DNA of 64,000 nt from Octopus sinensis. Its lineage: Eukaryota. Below, in pieces: positions 40,184-52,380 of this stretch; positions within the stretch are counted from its first letter, which is position 1; every line of letters starts with the position of its first letter. Position numbers and translations under genes: made by a program. The stretch lies in the NCBI RefSeq assembly GCF_006345805.1, contig NC_043017.1:21638001-21702000 (forward strand). Direction: 5' to 3'. The notes beneath the pieces are model-generated. The model was not told the DNA's origin and searched no databases. It worked only from the letters and a program-made list of their open reading frames with translations.

Positions 40184-40402
40184 CTGAGCTCTATCCGTGG
40201 TGGCCCCCGAGTCGTCAGCGAGGGGTGGGTGTAAAGCGTCGTCGAGGTCCTCAGGTAGTATAGTGTCCCAGCTGCCACTGCTATTTACTCGTGCCACAGG
40301 TATCCGACTGGACCCCTGTTTACCCTCCTTTTGCGATTGTTGCTGTTGTTGTTGTTGCTGCTGTTGCTGCTGCTGCTGTTGTTGTTGGACACTTGTGGTC
40401 AT
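40184..40402 (-). CDS. First coding exon of an unidentified gene: 73 aa, Q17 tract (exon 40462-40184 including 5'UTR)
   Basis: Acceptor TCTTCTGTACTTGTGGCATTTATAG| (exon from 40462), in-frame upstream TGA, Kozak GCCAAGATGA, donor CAG|GTAAGA, phase 0; GC/CpG-rich; MTTSV-Q17-SQKEGKQGSSRIPVARVNSSGSWDTILPEDLDDALHPPLADDSGATTDRAQ. Confidence 0.8.
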
Positions 40403-40543
40403 CTTGGCCGGGTCGTGAACACCAAGCGTCACTTCGTCCGCGAGCAGCAGTCAATGTAATTCCTATAAATGCCACAAGTACAGAAGACGGTTCCACCGTT
40501 GTTGTATTCCGTGAACACTGCCATCAACACCGAAACGGCAGCC

Positions 40544-40579
<36 letters not shown>

Positions 40580-42354
40580 ATTATTGTTGCTGTTGTTGTT
40601 GTTGTTGTTTTTGTTTGAGGATGATAAAAAACTTTCCAATGGAAAAAAAGGTAAAATCCAGGTTTCCGTGTGTATGTGTATGCATTTATTACATATGTGT
40701 TTACGTGCCTGTATGTATATGTTTATGTATGTTTATGTGTGTGTTTATGGTAGGGAGACGAAGCGAGCAAGCAAAAGAAGAAGAGAGAGAGAGAGAAAGA
40801 GAGAAAGGGGGTTACAAAGAAGAAGTAAATAAAGAAACTGTTGATGACAAATATGATGATGACGATGATGGTAGTGGTGGCGGTGGCGGTGGTGGTGGTG
40901 GTGGTGGTGGTGGTGGTGGTGACAAAGAAGAAGAAAGAGGAGAGGAAGAATAAAGGAGCAAGCAGAGGCTGAGAGTCTGAATGGATATAGGAAGCAAAGT
41001 GTGAAAGGGGAGAGCAGGGGAAGGATGAATGGATGAACGGGGAGACGGAGAGATGAGTGAATGGATCAGAAGAGGGAGCGAGTGTAAGTAAGGGACAGGA
41101 GGAAAAGAGAACGGGGAGAGGTTGAGGAGAAGGATTACATGGACAGATAGGTGTGTGTGGTGTGTGTGTGTGTGTGGGTATGTGTGGGAGTGTATATAAA
41201 TATATATATATATATGTATGTATGTATATATATATATATAAAGAAATAGATAGGCAGATAGGTAGATAGATAGATTGAGAGAGAGAAAGAGAGAGAGAGA
41301 TGGATAGATGGATGTATATAGAAACAGCTGGGGGGGTGATATAGAAAAATAAGAGTTTTGCGTATATTTTTACGGATAAAGAAAAGTTAGATGGATTGAC
41401 TGAGAGAAAGAAAAAAAATTCAAGGGATGAAAATTATAGGCATATATATACATACATATTTACACACACATGCACACATACACACACATACACATGCACA
41501 TATATGTATGTATGTGTGTATGTGTGTTCTTGTGTGTGTATGTACTTGTATGTGGAGATAGATAAACTTAGAGACAGACAGAATGGGGGAGAAAGTGAGG
41601 GAGAGAAAGATTTAAAAAAACGAGGAGATATATATAAAAAAAAACGATGATAAATGAATAGTCAGTTGATGGATAAATGGCTAGCCAACTATCTGGTTCG
41701 TTTAGGTATGGGATAGACAAATAGACAGACAGATAGCTAGATAGGTTAATAGGTAGGTATAGGTGGATGATGTGATAAATCTTGTACAGAAGTTATGTTG
41801 TTAGGTAGGTAGAGAGAGAGAGATAAATAGATAGATTGATAGAGAGAGAGAGAGAGAGAGAAGTAATGTAGAGACAGATAGATAGATGAATAAAGAGAGA
41901 AAGTGGTTGTTTGATGAAGGAAGAGAATGGGAATTTAGTGACAACAGGTAGATGGAAGACTTAAAGAGATCGGGTGGATAATTTACTGAGAAATTAGTTT
42001 AAGAGCTGTCTATCTATCTTTCTGTCCCTCCATCTATTATCTAACTGTCTTTCTATATGCATGTATATATATATAATAATATATATATATATATATATAA
42101 TATATATATGTATGTATACACAAACAGAACACACACAGAGATAGAAAGATAGATAGATAGATAGATAGATAGTAGATAGATAGATAGATAGATAGATAGA
42201 CAGACAGATAAATGGATGGATGGATTGATGGATGGATAGATGGATGGATGGATGGCTGGATGGATAAAAGAGGGAGTTACAGATGTATGGTCTATAGATG
42301 GAGTGGGGGAGAGTGATGAGTTTTAAAGAATTAGAAAAGAGATATGTGTGTGAC

Positions 42355-42392
<38 letters not shown>

Positions 42393-43358
42393 AGGGTGCA
42401 CAGAAGAAGAGAAGTAGAGATGAGTAAAAAGAAAAGATTTTTTAAGGGTGAAATGAAGATATGGATAAAAAGAGAAAGAGTTTGGTGAGATTGAAAGATA
42501 GAATAATAGAGTGTGAGAGAGGGAAATGAGAGAGAGTGAGTGGGTGAAGGTGAATGAACTTGTGAGAAATGGAGAGATGAGTAGAAGAAATATGAGTTTA
42601 GAGCAAGAGGAAAGAGGAAGTGTAAAAAAGAAAGTGAAAGTAGATGAATTAGTGAAAGATAGAGGTGAGTGAAAGAAGAAGTGGAACTTTAGTGAAAGAG
42701 AGAAAGAAAGACAGAGTGTGTGAGAGAAGGAAAGATAGTGAAAGTAGACAAACTTGTGTGTGTATGAAAGGGAGATATGAGTGAAAGGAGGAGTAGAATT
42801 TGAAAGAGAGAGAGAGAGAAAGAGAATGTGAGTGTAAGTGAGAGGAAAACAGACAGAGGCAGTGAGACAGCTAGAGACACGACAGGGAGAGAGAGAAGGG
42901 GAGAGAGTTGTGTGAGTGAGAAAGAGACAAACAGAGGGATAGAAAGAGAGAAAGAGGCAAAGAGACAGTAGTGAGATAATTAGACTGAGAGAGGGATTAT
43001 GTATGAGAGAGAGAGAGGGGGAGTGTTTAGTTTATATGAGACGTAGAAGTGTGAAGGAAGGACTTTTTGGAAAGAGGAAAGATAGAAGGAAATTAAACAA
43101 AGAGCAAAGAAGGAAAAAAATGAAAAAAAGAATGGTTAGTTTTCTATTTTGAAGTGGATGTCAAGAATAGAAGTTATCGGATGAAATAAATAAGAATAAG
43201 AGGAAAAACAGAGGAGACTTTGGAAAGGTGAATGGTCTGAGGAAGAAGAGAGAAGGAAAATATCTTGGGAAGATGAGGTGAGAGAGACTTTGAAGTTGAT
43301 GAAGACGGAGCCAGAGTAAAGAGATGAAGTGGAAGGAGAGCGTGAGGAAGATTAACAC

Positions 43359-43900
43359 GTAATATGGTAGAATGGTCAGAATAACATGTACGAGGATGTC
43401 CGATGTGTGACCGATGCTGGTGTCGGTCACAGTCCCAGAGGTGCGCTGCGCGACAGAAGGCACCGTCAGCTGCAATGCACCGGGTGTCATTGGTTTATCA
43501 CGTTGAACTCGCTACATAGAGTGCACCCGGGAAAATAACTCGATGCAGCCGTGCACCGACGGAATAAAACATGAACACATGTTCATTCAACAGGCGTGCG
43601 ACGCGCAAAATAAACTGCCTGTTGCCGGCTGTAAACCACGACAGAATCATCAGCGTGCGCTTGGTTTACCTTTTTACCCGCCGCCTTCCCTTGCCGACTT
43701 CCCCCTCCCTTGTCGCCTTGCCGTCTTTGCAGTCTTTTACGCCTTTGCCACACCAACCTACCTTCTTCGGCAACTACTGCTACTACTGTGACTACTACTA
43801 CTACTACTATTACTACTACGATCACTGCTTCTGCTGCTGCTACTTACATTGATGCTGCTGATAGAGGGAGAGAGAGAAAGAGACAGCACCGCTGCCAACG
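43359..43900 (-). promoter_or_regulatory. CpG-island-like promoter / 5' exon region
   Basis: Highest CpG density in the window; minus-strand donors AAG|GTAAAC (43670), AAG|GTAGGT (43762), AAT|GTAAGT (about 43846); possible ATG 43490 ORF MTPGALQ...LPYY with weak donor TAC|GTGTTA. Confidence 0.5.
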
Positions 43901-44669
43901 GATGCACAGCAATGTGATGCTGTCTGCATGCATCTGTGCGTGTGTGTCTGTATGTGTGTGTGTGTCCTATGCCTCTATGTATGTGCGAACATGTCTGTAT
44001 GTGTATGCGTGTGTATGTGTTTGTGTGTGTGTGTGTGTCTGTGCAAGTGTATGTGTGTGTATGTTTGTATGTGTGTGAGTGTCCTATGCCTCTATGTATG
44101 TGTGAGCATGTCTGTATGTGTATGTGTGTTTGTGTGTGTGTGTTTGAGCCGTATATATGCATCTATATATGCGTGTTTGTGCAAGTGTGTGTGCATGTGT
44201 GTATGTGCAATGCACCTATATATGTGTGTGTTCCTGTAGGTGTTCTGTATGTATATGAGTGTCCTATGCATCTAAGTATACGTGAATGTGACTCTGTGTG
44301 TGTGTGTGTTTACTATGCACTATGTGAGTGTACGTGTGCATGTGTACATCACGCATCTGTGTGTATGTGTGTGTGTGTTTGTATGTACCAAGCATCTATG
44401 TGAGTGAGTGTGTATATGCTATGTATATATATTCATGCATGTATGTGTGTAAAAGTCTGTGAGTTTGTGTATGTGTATGCATGTGCATGTATGTGCATAT
44501 GTGAGGAATGCATCTATATCTATATAGCTAAATAATGTCTGAGTGAGTCTTTGCATGCATATGTGTGCAGTGTGTGTGTGTTTGTACTATGTGTGCATGT
44601 ATAAAGTGAGTGCATATGTATGCACTTTATATGTATAAAGTGAATGTGTCTGTACATACATGCATACAC

Positions 44670-44734
<65 letters not shown>

Positions 44735-46115
44735 TATATATATGTGTGTGTATGTGTGTGATAGTGTTTGCGAATGTGTGTGTGTGTGTTTAAGTTTCTG
44801 TTGTTATGAATACCAATGAGAGTATGTATGCATATGTGTATCTGTGTCAATGCGTGTACATTTTATTGTGTGTATATGTAACTTTGTGTTGTAGATTCAT
44901 GCTTAAATATGTGTATGCGTTTGTATATTCATACATAAATATGGATGTATATGTGTGTTTGTATTTTCACACATAAATATATGTGTGTGTGCATGCATAT
45001 GCATATGTATACATAAATACATGTGTGTGTGTATATATGTATGTATATTCATCATAAATACATGTGTGTGCATGCGTATTTATCTTTATCCATAAATATG
45101 TGTGTGTATGTGTATTCATATATAAATATATGTATGTGTGCATGCATATGTATATCTATACATAAATATGTGTGTGTGTGTATTCATGCATAAATATGTA
45201 TGTGTGCATGTGTATACATAAATATACGTGTGTGTGTATGTGTATTTATGCATATTCATACATAAATATATGTATATGTGTCCATATATATATTCATATA
45301 ACAAATATGTGTGCGTATGTGCAAATGTATATTCACACATAAATATATGCGTGTGTGTGTATGTATATTCATAAATAAATATATGCATGTGTGCGTGTGA
45401 TCAAACGCATGTATTTGCAAAAGTTGAAGTTAGTGTGTGTATATATGTATTTGTACACTTGCATGTGTGTGCGTGTGCATGTATATGTGTGGGAGTGTGT
45501 GTACTTTCATATGTGTGTTTGTATGTAAGTCAGACTATGTGATTGATTTAGTACACGTGTGTGTGCGTGTGTGTGTGTGTGAGTGTGTGTGAGTGTGTGT
45601 GTGTGTGTGTTGTGAGTGTATGTGTGTGTGTGTGTGTGATAAGCTGATGAAACTGTGGTCAGGCTGACTGCGTAGTTTTAATGAAAGAAACAGTCAAACC
45701 AGGTGGAGTGAGTTGTGTCTAGTGTCGTTTGTGTGACTTGGTCGGTCTAGCAACAAGAGGCAGTGGTGTGAGGCTGGCCGGTAGGGAAGGGGCAGTTGGA
45801 GAAGCGGAAGCGGGGGAGAGACAGAGAGATGGAGCAAGAGAAAGAGAGAGAGAGGAAGAGATGGAAGAGGGAGAGTGAAAGAGAGAGAGGAAAAGGGAGA
45901 GTAGATAAGGTGGAGCGAGGAGAGTGAGACTGGATGGGCACTTGGAAATATGAGATAGAGAAGATGAAGAAGAAACAGGGAAAGATAGGAGAAATAAAGG
46001 GAGAGAGAGAGAGAGAGAGAAAGAAGAGATGGTGCAAGCAGGAGAGATAGAGATATATATAATATGTGTGTGTGTGTGTGTATGTGTGTGTTTATGATGT
46101 ATATAGCATAAATGA

Positions 46116-46149
<34 letters not shown>

Positions 46150-46313
46150 CATGTATATAAATATATACACACTACACACACACACACTTATATATGTGTA
46201 TTTATGTATCTCTATCTATCTATCAATCTTCATATCTATATCTATCAATCTATCTACCGGTCCATCTGTCTGTCTATCTATCTATCTATTTTTCTATCCA
46301 TTTACCTACCTAC

Positions 46314-46365
<52 letters not shown>

Positions 46366-47008
46366 TTATATATCTATCTATCTACCTATCTACCTATCTG
46401 CTTGTCTGCCAGTCCGTCTATACGTTGGAGAAAGAGGGAGAAAGAAGGACGGGGAGAGGGAAGAGGTGAAGAGACAGACAGAATATAATTGAGGACTTGC
46501 ATGAGAGAGTGAAATATGGAAATGAGGAAAGTAAGCCTTTTAAGGGTGAGTTTAAGGTTTAAAAGGGTCAGAGAGAAAGAAAGCGAGAAAAAAGGTATGT
46601 GTGTAGGGAAAGAGGGTGCGGAGAAGAAGGAAGCAGAAAGAATGAGAGAAAGAAATAAAGAAGATGTAAAAGAAAGAAAGATAGAAGGAAATTTTGTCTT
46701 GAGAGAAAAAAGAACCTCAAGAAGAAAAGAAATCATTGTTGATGATGGCGATGATGGTGATGATGGTGATGGTGATGATGGTGATGATGATGATGATGAT
46801 GATGATGGTAATAGTGATGATTTCTTTTATTTGCCAAAGGGGCATTAAATTTGGGGGACATTACAAGGACAGTATACAATTTGTGTGTGTGTGGGGGGGC
46901 GGGGGGGGTGGGGTGGATTTACATCAAAGATGAAGAGGAAAGAAGGGAGAAAAGTGGAAATAAAAATGATGATGATGATAATAATAATAATAATGATAAT
47001 GATGATGG

Positions 47009-47039
<31 letters not shown>

Positions 47040-47327
47040 AAGAATAGTGGTGTGAAGAGGAAATATGAGGTTGGTAGTAGGGTGTTGAGGTGGGGAGCAG
47101 GGAGAGAGTGTAATGAAAGAGAAATGAAATAATGAGGGAAGTGAGAAGGAAAACGATAAGGCTTATAAGAAATAAGGAGGAATGTATAAAGAGGGAGAGA
47201 TAGAGTGGTGGTGGTGGTGGGGGGGAGTGAAGTGGAAGGGGAAAAAGAAAGATTTAGAGAGATATGAGGAATGACATGGAAGACAAAGAGGGAGAGGGCA
47301 GGGGAAGAGTAAAGAAGTTGGAAGAGA

Positions 47328-47374
<47 letters not shown>

Positions 47375-47701
47375 AGAGAGAGAGAAAAGAGGGATAGATA
47401 AATAGATAGATAGGTAGATAGTGTGAGAGAGAGAGAAAGAGAGAGGGAAGGAGGGAGGGAGAAAGATAGATAGATAAATAGATAGATAGAAAGAGAGAAA
47501 GAGAGAAAGACAGAGAAAGGGGTGAGAAAGATAGATAGATAAACAGTGAGAGAGAGAGAGAGAATGAGAGAAAGATATATATATATATATAGACAGATAG
47601 ATAGATAGAGAGATAAAGAAAGACAGAGAGAGAGAGAGAGAGAAAGACACACACAAAGAGATGGAGAGAGAAAAGGGGCTTTGGCATAGAGGACGGAGAG
47701 C

Positions 47702-47748
<47 letters not shown>

Positions 47749-47990
47749 AACTAAGAAAAGTGAGGCAGGTTTATTTAAAGGGATTTTAAAGTCTATTTAG
47801 ATTAAAGAATAAAAAAGAATGATGGAAGAGATATGGGGTGAAATTAATACAGAGATGGAGGTGTTTATTAATAAATACATAAACATACATGTGTATCTAT
47901 GTGTATGTGTGCATGCGTGTAAGTAACGGTCTATTTCTGTGTGCGTGTGTGTCCATGTATATATATATATATATCATATATATGCATATA

Positions 47991-48159
47991 TATATTGAAG
48001 CAAAGGAGGCAGTCAGAGTTTTAGATAATCCTCTGTTAGCACTTTCGCTAGTTTATGAACTCATCAAGGTAAAATCAAAATCTTGATGAGTTCGTAAACG
48101 AACGAAAGCAGTAATAATGGATTCTCCAAAATTCTGATTGCCTCCTTTTTGTCAATATA
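47991..48159. mobile_element. Palindromic MITE (about 75-bp imperfect arms)
   Basis: AAAGGAGGCAGTCAGAGTTTTAGATAATCC vs reverse complement of GGATTCTCCAAAATTCTGATTGCCTCCTTT; inner GAACTCATCAAG/CTTGATGAGTTC; TA ends. Confidence 0.8.
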
Positions 48160-48469
48160 CAATATCTGTACAATACTTCAAACACTCAATGCCTATGTAC
48201 ATACATACATTATATATATATATATATATATATTATTATATATATATATATATAGTGGCCTGCTCGCTTAGCCAGCGGGGTGGCGTCATTTGAAGGCTAA
48301 AACAATGCAAAGTGCATTGTAACCAGCAATGTGTAGCAACATCTGATAGCCTGATCGGTCACGGTGATATATATACATATATATATATATATTTATACAC
48401 ACACACATACATACAAATATCCATATATGCTTCTGTCTGTCTGTTTCTGTACATATATATATATATATA

Positions 48470-48847
48470 TATAAAATTAATTAAGGGTAGAAATTGATAT
48501 TTATCAATTAAGACCAGTGGTCTAGCATATTAAAAAAAGAATCCGAAGATTAAAATATTTATATATACCAATTAAGGACTGAACACGAAAAGTGGACAGT
48601 CAACATGCTAGATATAGACGTCAAATCGCCATTCACCACAAAAGATTATGTTCTCAGATCAAACTCAACACAGGCCGTGTAGATTTTAGAACATTTATAG
48701 ACAGAAAGTCTTACAGCTGTTTCCAGGATATTTATAATATCCCTTGTGTTGAGTTTGATCTGAGAACATAATCTTTTGTGGTGAATGGCGATTTGACGTC
48801 TATATCTAGCATGTTGACTGTCCACTTTTCGTGTTCAGTCCTTAATT

Positions 48848-48857
<10 letters not shown>
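48470..48857. mobile_element. Penelope-like 3' fragment with a perfect 113-bp fold-back
   Basis: 48560-48672 is the exact reverse complement of 48745-48857; 72-bp loop is the 3' half of a hammerhead. Confidence 0.75.
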
Positions 48858-48886
<29 letters not shown>

Positions 48887-48982
48887 GCATACATGTTATG
48901 TGTATGTGCATACCTATGTATTAATATGTGTGAACAGAACACACACACATGCATGCACACACACATGCACACACACATATAC

Positions 48983-49040
<58 letters not shown>

Positions 49041-49734
49041 TGAAAGAGAGAGAGAGAGAGAGGCAGAGACAAACTGACAGGATGTCTTCAAAAATCCAAC
49101 ATGTAAAAGAACCATTCACCACTGATGGTGATGGTGGTGCTGCTGCTGGTGGTGGAGGAGATAATTCCTTGTTATGGTCCTGACTTCACCCGGAGCATCA
49201 CTTACTGTCATCACTATGTGGAGAGATAGAGAGAGAGAGAGAGAAAGAGAGAGGGAGAGAGATGCAAATGGCATGTAAAATACCAGCAGCAGCAGCAGCA
49301 GCAACAATAGCAGTTGAAATCATGGTGGTAATGATGGTGGTGGCTTTGTGGGGGAGAGCTATTGGTATATGTGGGTATTGGTATGGTGGGGATGTTGATG
49401 GTAAAAGGAATGGTGGGCATGGTGGGGTTGGTGATGATGGTGTAGGTGTTAGTGAGATAGTGGTGCTGGTGCTGGTAGTGGTGGCAGCGGTGAGGGCGAC
49501 AATGGTTGGTTGGTAGTGGTGGTGTTGGGGATGGGAGAGGAGGGTGTTGGTGTTGAAGGTGGTGGTAGTGGTAGCAATTTTGATGGTGGTGTTGGTGATG
49601 GCTGCAATGTGAGTGGGTGAGGTTGTCTCTGGCACAAAGAGGCATTATTATCATCATCAGTGACAATATGAAAATAGTAGTATATATATATATATGCAAA
49701 TAATTTTTTTTTTTTGTAATGAGATAAAAAACTA

Positions 49735-50060
49735 AGGCCGTGTAGATTTTAGAACATTTATAGACAGAAAGTCTTACAGCTGTTTCCAGGATATTTATAA
49801 TATCCCTTCATTGGAGATGGCGTGAGAGGATAGTTAAATAATAGTTAATTTATATAGGATACAAAATAGAGAGTGAGGTGGAAGAAAGAAAATAGATGTG
49901 AGATGTGTAGGGATATCGTATTTGTAGATCCATTTTTTTTAGGCAGAATGGTGTACATATAAGATTACAAAATCTTATGAGTAAGATCCAATAGTATTTA
50001 AAACTGATCTTTCCAAGTATTTATACACAGTGTTATTGAATCAAGGGTTTTATTTAAAGT
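49735..50060 (-). mobile_element. Penelope-like fragment with degenerate hammerhead at 49771-49818
   Basis: Minus strand AUCU-CCAAUGA-A-GGGAUAUU(AUA)AAUAUCCU-G-GAA-ACAGCUGU-A-AGAC; 49735-49808 identical to 48672-48745. Confidence 0.6.
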
Positions 50061-50099
50061 CATACACACACACACTTCTATATATGTGTGTGTGTGCGT

Positions 50100-50410
50100 A
50101 TATGACCATCTGAACTTGGTTGATGCCAGCCCCCTTGCCCTGACTGTCTTCTGTGCCGGTGGCACATAAAAAGCACCATCTTAACGTGGCTGATGCCAGC
50201 ACCACCTTGACTGGCTCCAGTGATGGTGGCACGTAAAAAGTACCCACTACACTCTCAGAGTGGTTGGCATTAGGAAGGGCATCCAGCTGTAGAAACACTG
50301 CCAGATCAGACTGGAGTCTGGTGCAGCCTCCTGGCTTCCCAGACTCCAGTCAAACCGTCCAACCCATGCCAGCATGGAAAACGGACATTAAACGGTGATG
50401 ATGATGAATG
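50100..50410 (-). mobile_element. SINE family C
   Basis: Core and (GAT)n end in reverse orientation. Confidence 0.85.
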
Positions 50411-50795
50411 TATATGAAGAGAGAGAGAGAGATCTTTGAATCAGAAATGTCAAGGTAATCAGAAATGCAAAAACAAAACAGAAAGGATGAAAAGCCCTTC
50501 CACAGCCATAGGCTCATAGAGCCAGTGTCTCTGGATTCTGTGGCTTATATAAATATTCCCTCCTGGATGGGATGACAGTCCATTGTAGTCCGTTAATCCT
50601 TTTTTGCTGAGTAGACTGGACCAACGTGAAATGAAATGTTTTGCTCAAGAATACAATGCATTGCCTGGTCCAGGAATTGAAACCACAATCTATGAACATG
50701 AGTATAATGCCTTAACCACTTGGCCACATGATTCCAAAGAAGACTTTACCTGAATTAAATTTAATCATAGAGGAAATAGTTACATTTTTACTGAT

Positions 50796-51292
50796 TTAAC
50801 TGCTTCGTTACCAACCTGGCTGAAAGCACCTCTGGCTCTGTAGTACAAATGTCTTGTTTTCAAAAGTTCTCAATTAAAATCTTCCCCCAAACCTTTGTCA
50901 CAATTTATGTTCCTAACACAATTTATGTTTCTTTATGTTAACTAAGTTATTTTACTAAATTCTTTGTTATATTTAAAATTAATTGTTAAGAAACACAGAA
51001 CATCTCAACAGAAATATGATAACAAAAGGGTTAATATATATGATAGAGAAACAACTTTTAATGCTTTTGATACCAAGCTGCCTGAAACTGCCTCTGGCTC
51101 TGTACTACAAATATCTTGTTTTCAAAAGTTCTGAATTAAAATCTTTCACTAAACCTTAGTCACAACTTATATTCCTAACATAACGATAACTTAATGATAA
51201 CTAAGTTATTTTACTAAATTCTTTTTTATATCTAAAATTAATTGAAAGAAACACAGAGAATCTCAAAAGGAATATGGTAACAAAAGAGTTAA
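50796..51292. mobile_element. Second copy of the TTAA-flanked MITE dimer
   Basis: Same two monomers and homologous 23-bp spacer as 23066-23962. Confidence 0.85.
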
Positions 51293-52020
51293 TGTATTAA
51301 CAAAAGAAGCTAACTTTTACTGATTCATAGTTTGTCTGAAACAAGTTTTTGCAAATCTGTAGACGAAATTGAATTATTTCAGAATGTTTTTGTGAAATTC
51401 CAACCTGATTCCCAGCAGTTAAAGTATTTGCTTCCATGGAATATGAAATTAAAGAACAATATGTATATAGCGTTATTACATGATGTCACATGATGCTGAG
51501 TAAAATACATACAGATATAGATGCAGGTGTGGCTGTGTGGTAAGAAGTTTGCTTCTCAACCACATGGTTCTGGGTTCAGTTTTACTGCATGACACTTTCG
51601 TCAAGAGACTTCTACTAAAGCTTCAGGCTGACCAAAGCGAACCAAAGCTGACCGGTGCTTTGCTTCACTCATAGATAGAGGTTGTTGGTGAGTGATGCAG
51701 AGGGAGAGAAACCAGCACACCGAGGGGCTACTGTCCTGGGTTCTGCCCACTTGCTACAATACTCATTCCTTCCTTCCTAGAATATTCTCCTGCTTGTTTT
51801 CACTTCCTGCTCGTATCTTTCCTTACAAAGTTACAAGAGGAATGGTCTGGAAGGGCTTGCAAAAGCCATGGGCATTGCTGCCTCTTTCTGCAGACACAGC
51901 AAGCAAAAAAAAAAAATTCTTTAAGCTAATCTTCAAGCAGAAAATCTTTTAACAATTCATGTCAGACAAGGACTGTAAGTTCTACTTTAAGAAGTATGCT
52001 AAGTGGACCAGATGCTGGAG

Positions 52021-52380
52021 CAAGTCTGTGAATGAGTCGGCGACAAGAAAACAAGACATGAGAGTGTGAGAAAGCTGAGCTCCTTACCTCATTCCCAAAC
52101 AGAGAATGTCTGTATGTGAGACAAGGAGAAGAGAACAATATATCAATGCCAGAATGTGGAGCTGTCTACCTCATGCACAGCGAATGTCTGTGAGTGAGAC
52201 AGGGAGATGAGAACAACAAACCAGAGTGCGAGAAGGTGAAGCTCTATCCCTCACTCACAGAGAATGTCTGTGAGTGAGACAGGAAGAGGAGAACAACACA
52301 CCGGAATGTTAGATGGAACTCTCTACCTCACTCACAAACAGAGAATGTCCAAGAGTGAGACAGAGAGAAGAAATAACATG
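52021..52380 (+). repeat. Diverged tandem repeat, 78-81 bp unit, 4-5 copies, inside a decayed ORF-like region (about 51690-52500)
   Basis: GAATGTC anchor at 52104, 52182, 52262, 52343. Confidence 0.8.

Noticed and set aside
40184-40402. Beta-catenin, because of SGATT and RAQ
   Set aside because: DSGIHS and the surrounding conserved N-terminus are missing; the similarity is incidental.
48255-48368. Multi-hairpin segment as an ncRNA gene or Helitron end
   Set aside because: Hairpins are real (ACAATGC/GCATTGT, TTAGCC/GGCTAA), but it is a single (AT)n-flanked fragment with no diagnostic motif.
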